Origin: Prorocentrum cordatum
Taxonomy: Eukaryota
Assembly: GCA_963575745.1 (NCBI GenBank)
Contig: CAUYUJ010000308.1
Location: forward strand, 1 to 64,000
Length of the DNA: 64,000 bases
Reading direction: 5' to 3'
Shown: piece by piece, positions 25,189 through 37,691 of the stretch
Position numbering within the stretch: position 1 is the first letter of the stretch
Layout of the letters: the number at the start of each line of letters is the position of its first letter
Program-made: the position numbers and the translations under genes
Notes under the pieces: generated by a model
What the model saw: only the letters and a program-made list of their open reading frames with translations
What the model was told of the DNA's origin: nothing
Databases searched by the model: none

Positions 25189-25878
25189 TATTCTATAGGC
25201 TTACGCCACATCCGCCGACCCCTCAATAAACTACTGCGCGTCCAGGACTGCATTCCACGAGGCTTGTCCGATTCCTGGGAGGTTCTTGGGGGCGTTTGGG
25301 GGCTCTGTTCGGGCTCCCTGGGGGCTTCTTGGGGCGTGTTGGAGGTAACCTGGGGGCGTCCTGGGGCCGAAGGCTGGAAATGCGGGTTCGGGTTCCTCCC
25401 GTGGGCCCCCTTTTGGTGCCGTCGTCATCTGGGCTTCTTTGGCGGTCTTGGGCCTTTTGTGGGCCGTCTTGGAGCTGTCCTAGGGGTCTTTTGGGCCGTC
25501 TTGCACGGTATGAAAGCGCAAGAGGCGAGTATGTTTAAAACATACGTTTCCCGATGGGAATGGGGCAACTTTCACTTCTTCGGTGCCTTTTGGAAGGCCT
25601 CTTGGAGGCCTCTTGGGGCGTTTTGGGGGCATCTTGGGCCGTCTGGATGCCATCTTGGGCGTCTTGGAACGATCATTCGACAATTCGGGGCCCTCTTGGA
25701 TCGTCTTGGGGCCCACTTGGGGCCCTCTTGGCCTGTTTTGGGGCCCTCTATGCTCCCATGGCGCGTTCGTCCGGGGCCAGGGGGGGGGTCAAATTTCTGG
25801 TTTGGGGTCCCTGGGGGGGGGGGTAATGGGGGGGAACATTCTCACACGCCTAGAGACCCACAAGGTGTCGGCGGATTT
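25189..25878 (-). mobile_element. Non-autonomous Helentron/DINE-like element, copy A
   Basis: ATCCGCCGAC (25210-25219) / GTCGGCGGAT (25867-25876) asymmetric inverted repeat. Minus-strand 3' hairpin GGC-GTAA-GCC. Interior is degenerate CTTGG/GGCC repeats. Confidence 0.55.
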
Positions 25879-25939
25879 GTATGTTTTTTTTCCCACTCCC
25901 CCCATCCCTAGCGTTCACATGGTGCCAGACTGCCCCAGA

Positions 25940-27100
25940 GAAGGTCTCCTGTGGAGGTTTTCAACAGGAATGCGTCTGTGGAGGGTTTCGATCGGAATCC
26001 ATATTGTGAAATTTTCAATGAGAATCCTTCTTTGGAGGGTTTCGCTAGTAAAGCTTCTGTGGAGGGTTTCAGTAGAGTCCTTCTGTGGAGGATTCAATTC
26101 AACAAGAATGCAATGCCAAATCAATGCCAACGCGATGCCAGTGCCATACCGGCGCTTTGCCTGCGCAAGGCCAACGCAATGCCAAGGAACACCACCGATG
26201 CTACGCCAATTCTATGCTAGGTCCGTGCCACCGCATGCATGCACAATGCCAGCACATGGCCAGTGCAATGCCAATTCGGCTTCAAGGCCAGTTCAGTGAG
26301 AAAGTGATGAGTCGTTTCTCTTGTGCACTTCAACAGGAATCCTTCTGTAGACGGTTTCAAGTGAAATCCTTTTGTAGAGGGTTTCAACAGGAATCATTAT
26401 GTCGATGATTTCAATAGCAACCCTTCTTGTCTGGGATTTCAATAGGAATCCTTATGTGAAGGATTTCAGCGGAAATCCTTCTATGGAGGATTTTAATGGA
26501 AATCCTTCCGTGAAGGATTTCAATAGGACCCTTCTGCAGAGGATTCCAGTCGGAATCGTTCTGCGGGCGTTTCCAGAATCCATGCGCGGAAGATTTCGAA
26601 GCAGTCCTTCCGTGGAGGGTTTCAACGGGAACCCTTGTGTGTAGGATTTCAAGAAGAATATTCCTGTAGAGGATTTCAAGAGAAGTCCATTTGTTGAGGG
26701 TGTCGATGCGGATTTGTTGTATCATTTCGATGTGAACGCAACGCCAAGACAGTGCCAGGGCACTGGCAGTGCTGTGCCAGCGCTTTGCAAGCTCAAGGCC
26801 CATCGCGACGCCAAGGGGCACCAATGCTATGCTACCGTCATGTGGAGGGCTTTCAATCAACATCTTTGTTTGTGGAGGGTTTCAATAGGAAAGCAATGCT
26901 ACTGAATGTAAGTGCTACGCTAGCTCTTTGCCAGCGCAAGGCCAATGCAATGCCAAGGAACACCAGTGCTATGCAATTCTGCGCCATGTCTGTGCCAAAT
27001 GCGTCGCCAGCACAATGCCAATCCAACGCTAGTACTTGGCCAGTGCAGTGTCAATCCCCATTCAACGCTATTCAACGCGAAATGAATGAACCTTTTATTC
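25940..27100 (+). repeat. Degenerate ~30-bp tandem repeat with CAATGCCA subrepeats; continues at 28620-29260 and 31930-33060
   Basis: Recurrent GTGGAGGGTTTCAA..GGAATCC and GCGCAAGGCCAATGCAATGCCAAGG motifs. Confidence 0.8.
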
Positions 27101-27107
27101 CCTTTTA

Positions 27108-28620
27108 TATTCTATAGGCTTACACCACATCCGCCGACTCCTTGATTCACTCCCGGCTCCGCGATGTGCGGTGCTGTTGCTCGCTTGCAGGAGAGCAAGA
27201 CTCGGCTTGTCGGGTCGCTCTTCCACCGTCTTGGGTGCGGCTTCGGGCCATGTGGGTCGTGGTGAAGCCCTATATGCTTTCATGGCGCGTTTGCCTTGGG
27301 CCGGGGGGGCGGGGATCGAATCTCGGATTCATTGGGGGGGTACATGACAATAGGGGGGGGGAGGGGAATCTCACGCGCCTAGAGGCCCACGGCGCCTCGT
27401 GGGCCGTCATGGCGCCCTCTTGGGCCATCTTGGGGCTCTCTTGGGAGTCGGCCCTCTTGGGGCGCTCTTGGCGGCGTCGTGGGCCGTTTTCATCGCTGTG
27501 AAGGAGGAAGAGTCGTACATGCCAAAAACATGCGTTTTCCAACAGGAGTCTGACGATTTTGGCTTCTGGGGCTTCTCTTCCCTAGCCTGTCGGAGGCGTC
27601 TTGGAGCGTCTTGGCGGCTTCATGGGCCGTCTTGGGCCATCTTGGGCGTCTTCAAGCGAGCCTTCGGCGATTTTGTGCTCTCTTGGGCCATCTTGGGGGT
27701 GTCTTGGGAGGCTCCAAGCCGAGCCTGGGGAGCCCAGACCGCCCCAGGTGAGTTCAGTCCGGGATTGTTGCTTTTGGGTGGCTGTTGGAAGCCTCTTGGG
27801 GCCTATTGGGGGCATCGTTGGGCCTCCAGGGAGCTTCTTCGGGCGGAGAATTAAAATTCTGGGTTCGAGGTCCCCCTCTTGGGCCTCTTGTAACCGTCTT
27901 GGGGCACGCTGGGGCCGTCTTGGGCGCCTCGGTGCCGTCATGGCGCCCTCTTGGGCCATCTTGGGGCTCTCTTGGGAGTCTCTTGGACCCTTTTGGGGCG
28001 CTCTTTGCGGCCTCGCGGGCCGTTTTCATCGCCCTGAAGGAAGAAGAGGCGTACGTGCCAGAAACATACGTTCTCCCACCGGAGTCGGACGGTTTTGGCC
28101 CCTGGGGCCCCTCTTCCCTAGCCTGCTGGAGGCGTCTTGGAGCGTCTTGGCGGCTTCATGGGCCGTCTTGGGCCCATCTTGGGCGTCTTCAAGCGAGCCT
28201 TCGGCGATTTTGTGCTCTCTTGGGCCACCCTGGGGGGTGTCTTGGGAGGCTCCAGGCCGAGCCTGGGGGTCCCAGGCCGCCCCGGGTGAGCTCCGTCCGG
28301 GGCCGAGGTGGGCGGGGGGTCGGGGGCGGAAAAGAGGGGGGTGATGCCCAGGGGGGGGTGGATATCATGGCGTGGGCCATGATATGTCCCCAGATTTCAT
28401 GGCGCCCTTTCTTGTTTCATTACGTCCCCGGCCCCCACGCTGGGCCGCGCACGTGCCGCCGGTCATGATTTGCACCCCCCCCTCTCTTGGACACACCCCT
28501 TTTGGCCGCTCCCGAAGGGGGGGGGGGTCAAATTGCTGGTTTGGGGTTTCCGGGGGGGGGGGGCTTATGGGGGGGGAACAGTCTCACGCGCCTGGAGACC
28601 CAGAAGGGGTCGGCGGATTG
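27108..28620 (-). mobile_element. Non-autonomous Helentron/DINE-like element, copy B
   Basis: Same ends as copy A: TATTCTATAGGCTTAC(A/G)CCACATCCGCCGAC ... GACCCAGAAGGGGTCGGCGGAT. Internal duplication (~27400-27760 vs ~27935-28300). Confidence 0.55.
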
Positions 28621-29479
28621 ACATCGAAATCGCGTTGTGGGGGAATTGAATAGGACTCCTGCTGTGGGAGACTTGAGTTGGAGCCATCTGAGGAGGAAAT
28701 TTACAGGAATCTTTCTATGAAGGGCTTCCAGAGGAATGCAATGCGATTCGCGCCCAGCGCAAGGATATGCAATGCCAAGGGGCACCAGTGAATCTTTGTT
28801 CCATATTTCGATACATATCATTGTGTGTGGATTTCTGTGCTACGAATCCTGCTTTTGGGGTTTCAGTAAGAACCTTTAGTGGAGGAGTTCAATTCAATTC
28901 TTTCTATGCAGGGTTTCAAAGGGAACGCAAACCACCGCAGGTCCAAGGCAATGCTTGTGCTGTGCCAGCGCTTTGCTAGCGCAAGGCCAATGCAATGCCA
29001 AGGGGCACCAGTGAATCTTTTTCCTGTTATATTCCATAGACCCTTATGTGGATGATCGAGTCAGGAATCCTGTTATAGAGGGTTTCAGTAGGAGTCTTTC
29101 TGTGGGGGAATTCAACAGGAATCGTTGTATGAAGGGCTTCGAGAGACATGTAGTGTCACGTCGATTCCAAGGCAATGCCCGTGCTATGCCAGCGCCCTGT
29201 CATCGCAAGGCCAATGCAATGCCCAGGGGCGCCAATGATATGTGTTTTCAGTGCCGTTTTTAATACATGCTCCGCGTGCGGATCATGTATTGAAACATGC
29301 AGGGTTTTAGTATTAAAAACAACGATGAGTTCATGCATACAGTTGTTCATACATTAACCATGTATTCAAAATCCAGTATTTTTCAACATCCGATGTATTT
29401 GAAAAAGCTGCCCTGTATATGCGCGAGGCCTGGGCACCCTGGGCCGCGACCTGGAGGGGGCATGGCGGGACTGGGGCCT

Positions 29480-31540
29480 CCGATACCGCTCCTGGAGCAC
29501 CCCGGAAGGGCCGTGGAGGCCCCCAGGCTGCCCCAGAGAGCTCCAAGGCGCCCCCAGGAGCCCCCGGGGGAGCTTCGATGAACCCCTCCAAAACAGCCCA
29601 GATCGGCCCGACGTGGCCCCGGATGGGTTCCAGACCGCAGATACACAGCCCAAGAGGCTTCCAAAGGGTGGCGTCCCGACAGAGCCCGAAGAGGGCCAAA
29701 TCCTTGATTTTCATTGTTTAGTTCGATCTTTTTCGGTGTCTCGCGTGTTCGACCTTCCGACGTTCCACGACAGCCGAGGACGCCCCCAAAACCGCCCCAA
29801 GATCGCCGAAAAGGCCCCCAGCAAAACCCCAAAACTGCCCCAACGAAAATTGCCCGGGACGAGCTTCAGACGGCCCAAGGAAGCCCCAGGACAAGCCCAA
29901 GTTGGGCCCCATAGCGGGAGCGGGAGGCCCCCAGGCACTCCAAAACGGCCCTGATTGCCCCAACGTGGCCCCAGATGGGCCCAATACGGCCAATACGCAG
30001 CCCAAAGCCCCCCAAGATGCCCCAAAAGAGCTCCCAGATGCTTCCCGAGAGAGCCCGAAGAGGCCCATATCCTTCATGTCCAGTTGTTTTTTTGAACTGT
30101 TTTTCGCTTTCTTGCGTTCTCGAGCTTCCAACGCTCGGACACGGCCGAAGACGCCCCGAAGATCGCCCCGCGACCGACGAAGAGGCCCGAAGAGAGTCCC
30201 ATGACTGTTCAGGAGAGCCTGAAGAGTGCACAAGAGCAGCCCAAGACTGCCCAAAAGAGCCCCAGGACAGGTCCAAACTGGGCCACAGAGCGGGAGCGGG
30301 AGGCCGAAGAGGCCAAGAGGCATCCAAGAGGGCTCATGAGAGCTCCGAGAGACGCCCCGAGAGAGCCCAAAGAGGCCCAAATCATTGATGCGCGCTGGTT
30401 TGCTGTATGTTTTTCGCTTTCTCGCGTTCTCGAGCTTCCAATGCTCGAAGACGGCAGAAAACGCCCCCAAGACCGCCCCAAGACCGCCGAAAAGGCAGAC
30501 AAATGACTCCCAAAACGTTCCCAGGGAACCCGACCATTGCCCAGGAGCAGTCTCATACTGCCCCAGAGAGCCCCAGGACAGGCCCAAGCTGGGCCACAGA
30601 GCGGGAGCGGGAGACCCCAAGGCGCTCCAAGACGGCTCGGATGGCCCCAACGTCGCCCCAGATGGGCCCACCACGGCAAACACACAGGCCAAGGGGTCCC
30701 AAGAGGCCCCAAGAAAGCTCCGAGAGGCGTCCCGAGAGAGCCCGGACCTTGCGTTCGAAAGACAAAGGAGTTGCCATCTCTTCCTCGGCGGCCGCATTGG
30801 GTCTGGGGCTGGACGGTGTGACGCCATATCGGCCGGGGGGGGTACCTCTGTCGTTGGGCGCAGCGCGGCCCTCGGTCTCAGCCTTGCCCTGCTGGTGGCG
30901 GCGATAGCCAGGCGCCCGTGGCCGTCTGGGGCGGCCCCAAGGTATTCACGTTCTCCGCACAGGCAACCCGCATACTCAGGATGGGCAACCTTCCGAAAGG
31001 TATCCTTGCATCCTCGCTTCCTCGGTCCCAAGACGGCCCCGGGGGGCTTGAAGACTGCCCAACAGCTGCCCAAAACTGCCCAAGAGAATCCCAGGAGGCA
31101 TAAGATGGGCCCCAGAGCGGGAGCGGAAAGCCCCAGGGCGCTCAAGGACGGCCGAGATGATTCTTACGTGGCCCAAGATGAGCTCAAGACGGCAAACACA
31201 CAGCCCAAAAGGCCTCCAAGAGGGCTCAAAAGAGCTCCGAGAGACGTTCCGAAAGAGCGAAGAGGCCCACATCATTGATTTGCATTGGTTTGTTCGATGT
31301 TTTTCGCTTCTTCGCGTTCTCGAGCTTCCAGTGCTCGAAGACGGCCGCAGACGCCCCCAAGACCGCCCCGAGACCGCCGAATAGGCACCCAGAAGAGCCC
31401 CAAGACGGCCCCAGGGAATCCGAAAATCGTTCAGGAGGAGCCCCAGACGGCCCAAGAGAACCCCAGGACAGGCCCAAGCTGGGCCACAGAACGGGAGCGG
31501 GAGGCCCCAGAGCGCTCCAAGACGGCCCAGATGGCCCCGG
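29480..31540 (+). repeat. Degenerate CCAAGA/GGCC-rich array with a higher-order unit of ~300 bp or more; related blocks at 2430-2940, 33290-33700, 39100-39330, 50850-51350
   Basis: Repeated CGAGCTTCCA..GCTCG..ACGGC...CCCCAGGACAGGCCCAAGCTGGGCCACAGAGCGGGAGCGGGAG blocks. Confidence 0.85.
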
Positions 31541-33855
31541 CTCCCCCCTCCGTCCCTCCTTCCCTCCCGCCCCCTCCCCTTGCCTCCATTCCCTCCTCTC
31601 TCCTCTTCCTCCCCTCACCCCTCAACTTTCGTGCTCCTCCCTCCTCTCCTGGGACGGCCCCGCCAGAGCGCCAGAGAGGCCCCGCCAGAGCGAGCGGGGC
31701 ATCGCTATATCCGATCATTTCACAAGATGCTTTCCCCCTCCCACCCCTCAAGGGCGGCCCCGGCAGAGCGAGAGCGTTCTGACTACGCGTTTCTTGGCGT
31801 CGATGGCACGGGCCCGAGAACGCTGGAAATCGGCGTTGTGACCACACCGGGCCTTACAGCGGCACCCGTGCCTCATCTGCGACTAGAACCTAAGCGCGCG
31901 TAGCGCGCGCGTGTGAGGCTGGACCAGAAATCCCGCCATGGAGGTGTTCAGTTGGACCCTTGTGGAGGATTGTTAGGGATCCCTGGATGATGGGCTTCGA
32001 GTGGGATGCACTGCCAAGTCAATTCCAATTTAATGCTTGTGCTGTTCCAGCGCTTGACCAGCGCAGGACCAATGCAATGCCAATGGGCACGAACGAATAC
32101 ATTTCTTTTTTAATTTTAATAAAACCTTGTGTGGATGATTGAATTAGGAATCCGACTATAGAGGTTCAGGGTTTCAGTCAGAATCTTGCTGCGGAGAAGT
32201 CCAATATATATCCTTGTGTGAAGGGTTTGAAGAAACACGCAGTGTCATGTCGATTCCAAAGCAATGCCAGCCCTCTGTCGGCGCAAGGCCAAGGCAATGC
32301 CAAGGGGCACCAATGATTTTTTATCTTGCCATCGTTGTCCTTCTGCGGGGGACTGAGTTAGGAATCCTGATATGAAGGATTCCAGTGGGAGCCTCCCGAA
32401 TAATTCAATAGGAATCCTTCTATGAACGGCCTCAACAGTGATGCAATGCCAAATCAATTCCAAGGCACTTCTTGTGCTATACCAACGCTTTGCCAGTGCA
32501 AAACCAATGCAATACCAAGGGGCGCCAATGAATCTTTTGCGTTCTATATTTCAGTCGTAATCCTTCTGTGGGTGATTGAGTTGGGAATCCGGCAGTAGAC
32601 GATTTCAGTAGGAGCCTTCTGTGGAGGAAGTCATCAACACCCCGCTGCTTTGCTAACTCTATGCGAGTCCATGCCAAGGCATTGCTAGCACAATGCCAGT
32701 GCAATGCCAGCACGTGGTCGTTGCGTGCCAATCCCGATTCAATGCGTTTCGATGCGGACGAAGTTATTCCCCTTTCCCTTATTTCACCCGGAGCCCTTTG
32801 TGGACGATTTAGACTGGGATCTTTCTGTGGAGGACTTGGTTCGGAATCCTTGTGTGTGTGTGTGTGCGGGAAAAAAGGGTTGAACACAGGAGTCCTTTTG
32901 GTTTCAGGATTTCATATGAATTGGTCTTTCGGGGGGGGGGGCACTATGAGTCCTTCTTACGGCCTGTTTCACAGGATTCCCTTTGTAGAGGTTTCTACGG
33001 AAGTCGACAGCGCAATGCGAGCGCAAGGCCAGCGCACCGCCGACACAATGCAACGCAAATCCTACGCTAAACCTACATTGCGCCGACACGAAAAATTCAC
33101 AATCGACACGCCACCACCCATCCCCCCTGGAAAAAAAACACACAGCCTTTGAACCAACAGACGTGCGCGGCGTCGAGGCGAGTATGCTATTTTTGGAGAC
33201 GCCGAGGCGAGAGTGTGATTTTTGAGAAATGGGATGCAGCAGACCGCCACTTGCGAATCCCCCGCTCTCCAAGAAAGCCCCGCGAGTCAACATTCATGTG
33301 GTTTCTTTTGATGTTTGAAGGTTTTTTTATTTGTTGGCTCTATCGGCTCCCCGACGCTGCAAACCGGCCCAAGAGGCCCCAAGGATCGCCCAAAAACGGC
33401 CCACGAGGACCCCAAGAGAGCGCCCCGAGGGCCCAACACGCCTTTAAGACAACCCAAAAGGCCTCCAAGACGTCCTAAGAAGGCCCCAGGAACGCCCTTA
33501 GAAGGAGCCCCGCAGGGGGGGGGGGGAAAAACCGACATTGTGGGCCCTCCGCCCAAGAAGCGCCCCAGGAGGCCCCAAGAGGCCTTCAAGAGGCCCCAAG
33601 AAGCTTGCAAACAGTTTCCTCAAAGGCCCCCAAGAGGACCCCCCAACGACTGCTTAAGAGGGCATCGAGATGGTCGGAGACGCCTCAGGGCCCGAATACT
33701 GTCCTGTTGACAAGATGGTCGGATACGTCCCGGCAAAATGGCACAGCGTCAAACGGACAACACGGGAACTGGCATAATGCGCCTTAAAGCTGCACAGCAT
33801 CAAACGGACATCGCGGGAATCAACTTACATGCGCCCTGTAGGCATCAGTTGTTGG

Positions 33856-33910
<55 letters not shown>

Positions 33911-35750
33911 CTTCATCGCAATTCACGCCCGCTTGCCCTCCAAGGTCGGGGTTCGTGGCGAGATCAAGTTCAGTGTTTTTTCCCGCCGACCAAGCTGGCA
34001 AACATTTGCAAATTGCCGTGCTGCTAATACGGTTCTGCAAACGATTGACGAGATCCTGGGTATGGCTTAAGACATTGCTATGCTGGGGATGCACTTGAAC
34101 CCGATTATTCTCCATAGCTCCAAGTGAGGCGGAAATGTCAGGCAGATCCGCTTGGCAGCACATTTACAGCGGTCGACACCACGTGTGGCAATTCTCAGAA
34201 CCATGGTTGCATTCGAAGGTTCCAGACCAGAAAACAAAACAACTGCCTAGGAGGCCTCCAGGAGAGCGCCCAGACGGCCCCAGACGCCCCCAAGACTTCC
34301 CAAGAGGTCTCAAAGAAGGCAAGGCCTCTTTAGACATGTATTTCTATGTTGATATAAAACGCCCTGCCCCCACTACTGATCCCATGGCTGCGAAAATTCT
34401 TCGGCAGCGTGGCTCGCTGCCCCTCGCGCCTTCGTGTGTCAGGCGGACCCCCCTGCGGGCGCCTCAGCTTTTTTTCGCGCGTCTTGCTCCAGGAGTCGGT
34501 CCCTCCCTCGCTTTCGATTGCTCGGCAGCGGGGGTTCTTCAGCGGGCCACTCGGCATAACCCGCCCGTGCAGGCGCGCGTCGTGCTGCCTGGCGGGTTGG
34601 CAGGTCTGAGATCCGCCTGTGAGCAAGTCGGCTCTCCACCTTGCAGGAGCAGGCCGCCGTTGCTCAACTGTCTTTTTCCGGCGACTTGGATCCGTTGCGT
34701 GATGCGAATCGAAGGAGGAGCAGGAGGAGGATAATAGAAAGAGGAGGAAGAGGGGGGGGTGATACGGTGGGGAGGGGGGAACTTCGCATTGCGCGCCGTT
34801 CCCGCTTGTGTTGCCCTTGGCTGCCGGCGCACAAGCACAGCTTCTCATTGGGAGCCGACTGCAGTCGCCCGCCGTGTAGCCAAGGCCCAGGATTTTCTTG
34901 AGCCAGCGTTCATGCCCGCGCACCGTTTCATGCAGGGCACATGCTCCCGGGGAGGGTCGAACCGCCCCCTGGTCGCTGGCCGCCCGAGCGCCTCGGGCGC
35001 GCGGTGGCTGCCTGCGACGGGGGTCGATCTGGAGCTGTCGGCGGGGTTGGGTGGGGGCCTGGACTGCAGATTCCACGAGTGGTCGCTGGCAGACGGGCCG
35101 TCCGAGAGCGCCTGCGCTGATTTCGGCATCAGCCCCTCGACAGGGTTCACCCCGTGAGGGGCGCCATACGAGCATGTCGCTCGGAAGAGGAGGGGTAGGG
35201 GACGGAGTGGAGAGGCGAGCCGAATAGTATTCGTATAGCGTGCAGCGTGAGGGTCTGGTGCAAAAACGTATAGCGTGCACGATCGCTTTGAGACGAAGAA
35301 AACGTATGGATTGCCCGCGCGACGTCCGTTTTTTTGGGGGGCATTTCTCTCGGAATGGAATTACGCCGGAGAGCCGGCTTATAGCGTGCACACGTTTGAG
35401 TCATTTTTTGTCCCTAGAGGGGGGGTCGTGCACGCTAGATGTGGCAACTTGACCGTCTAACTCATGCAGAAACTCGGGGTCATTTACATTGTGCGTGGCA
35501 GGAGAGGAAGAGTTTGAGGGGAAAGTAAATATGATACATCTACTGGTGCACCATCATTTTTAATGCCAGAGGATGATGATAATGATGCATTTTTTTTTTT
35601 TTTTTTTTTTTTTTTCTTCTTCTTCCCCCCCCAACCATCCTGTGGTGTTGGGTCCTCGTTTTGAAGAGACGGTGCCCCGCGTTCTCCTTCCTTCCTTCCT
35701 TCCTTCCTCCCGTTGCCTCCTCCCCCCTCCCATCATCATCATCATCAACA

Positions 35751-37204
35751 CCCATTTCGGCACACCCCTCACACGTTTCGTGGCTCCATAGGGAGCTCCA
35801 CCGAAGGCCCCAGTGCCCGCGGCCGCATGCGTCCCCCACACCCATTTCGGCACACCCCTCACACGTTTCGTGGCTCCATAGGGAGCTCCACCGAAGGCCC
35901 CAGTGCCCGCGGCCGCATGCGTCCCCCACACCCATTTCGGCACACCCCTCACACGTTTCGTGGCTCCATAGGGAGCTCCACCGAAGGCCCCAGTGCCCGC
36001 GGCCGCATGCGTCCCCCACACCCATTTCGGCACACCCCTCACACGTTTCGTGGCTCCATAGGGAGCTCCACCGAAGGCCCCAGTGCCCGCGGCCGCATGC
36101 GTCCCCCACACCCATTTCGGCACACCCCTCACACGTTTCGTGGCTCCATAGGGAGCTCCACCGAAGGCCCCAGTGCCCGCGGCCGCATGCGTCCCCCACA
36201 CCCATTTCGGCACACCCCTCACACGTTTCGTGGCTCCATAGGGAGCTCCACCGAAGGCCCCAGTGCCCGCGGCCGCATGCGTCCCCCACACCCATTTCGG
36301 CACACCCCTCACACGTTTCGTGGCTCCATAGGGAGCTCCACCGAAGGCCCCAGTGCCCGCGGCCGCATGCGTCCCCCACACCCATTTCGGCACACCCCTC
36401 ACACGTTTCGTGGCTCCATAGGGAGCTCCACCGAAGGCCCCAGTGCCCGCGGCCGCATGCGTCCCCCACACCCATTTCGGCACACCCCTCACACGTTTCG
36501 TGGCTCCATAGGGAGCTCCACCGAAGGCCCCAGTGCCCGCGGCCGCATGCGTCCCCACACCCATTTCGGCACACCCCTCACACGTTTCGTGGCTCCATAG
36601 GGAGCTCCACCGAAGGCCCCAGTGCCCTGCGGCCGCATGCGTCCCCCACACCCATTTCGGCACACCCCTCACACGTTTCGTGGCTCCATAGGGAGCTCCA
36701 CCGAAGGCCCCAGTGCCCGCGGCCGCATGCGTCCCCCACACCCATTTCGGCACACCCCTCACACGTTTCGTGGCTCCATAGGGAGCTCCACCGAAGGCCC
36801 CAGTGCCCGCGGCCGCATGCGTCCCCCACACCCATTTCGGCACACCCCTCACACGTTTCGTGGCTCCATAGGGAGCTCCACCGAAGGCCCCAGTGCCCGC
36901 GGCCGCATGCGTCCCCCACACCCATTTCGGCACACCCCTCACACGTTTCGTGGCTCCATAGGGAGCTCCACCGAAGGCCCCAGTGCCCGCGCCCGCATGC
37001 GTCCCCACACCCATTTCGGCACACCCCTCACACGTTTCGTGGCTCCATAGGGAGCTCCACCGAAGGCCCCAGTGCCCGCGGCCGCATGCGTCCCCCACAC
37101 CCATTTCGGCACACCCCTCACACGTTTCGTGGCTCCATAGGGAGCTCCACCGAAGGCCTCAGTGCCGCCGCCCGCATGCGTCACCCCCACCCATTTCGGC
37201 ACCC
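35751..37204 (+). repeat. 90-bp tandem array, 16 near-identical units plus a partial unit
   Basis: Unit CCCATTTCGGCACACCCCTCACACGTTTCGTGGCTCCATAGGGAGCTCCACCGAAGGCCCCAGTGCCCGCGGCCGCATGCGTCCCCCACA recurs at 35751, 35841 ... 37100 with few indels. Confidence 0.98.
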
Positions 37205-37207
37205 CCC

Positions 37208-37691
37208 CGCATTTCTGCACGGCAGGGTCATCACCACGGTGGCGTGCCAGGGGCGCACCTTGCGCGAAGGCGACGGGGCGGGGGAACGGCGCTCCGGGGG
37301 CGGCCAGACCTCCGGGGCGCGAGCAGTCCGCGGCCAGACCATCTCTCGGTCCTGTGGACTCTCGCCCTGGGCCGTCGGCTGCCCGGCGCGCTGCTCCCTC
37401 GGTCGACGTCGCCCAGGCGTGATCCTGGATTGCGGCCGCCACGAGGTAGGGAACGGCAAGAAGGAGGACGACGACTGGTGGCTGGAGCTCTACGTGCTGC
37501 TCTCGCGCGCCACGCGCCACGAGGACCTCCTGCTCATGCGGGCGCCGCGCATCGAGTTCTTCCTGGCAGGGCCGCCGCAGGGCTTGCGGAAGCAGCTGGA
37601 GCAGTTTGCGGCGCGCACGAAGCGGTGCAGGAGGGAAGCGACGGCCCTCGCCAGGGAGCTCGGCTTCACCGAGTTCATCCGCGAGGCCTGA
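37208..37691 (+). pseudogene. 3' fragment of a PIF1-like (SF1B) helicase, two exons (~37208-37269, 37417-37691)
   Basis: Removing a 147-nt GC-AG intron gives VITTVACQGRTLREGVILDCG (motif V-like) and LYVLLSRATRHEDLLL (motif VI-like). Stop at 37689-37691; the 5' part is replaced by the array. Confidence 0.8.

Noticed and set aside
30858..30912. Extra host exon (AALGLSLALLVAAIA) inside the long intron
   Set aside because: It lacks the AG|G pattern, the phase does not fit, and the flanking exons already join sensibly. Not fully excluded.
35590..35680. SINE/SVA-like retroposon 3' end with poly(A) on the minus strand
   Set aside because: Plausible, but no TSD was found, and the matching sub-TIR plus hairpin at ~38447-38466 and the helicase remnant fit a Helentron better. 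Kept as an alternative.
35751..37204. CRISPR array
   Set aside because: Whole 90-bp units are near-identical, with no unique spacers and no cas genes, in a eukaryotic context.
35661..37691. 676-aa ORF as a real protein
   Set aside because: It is a chance read-through of the array and an in-frame intron. Only the helicase part after ~37208 looks coding.
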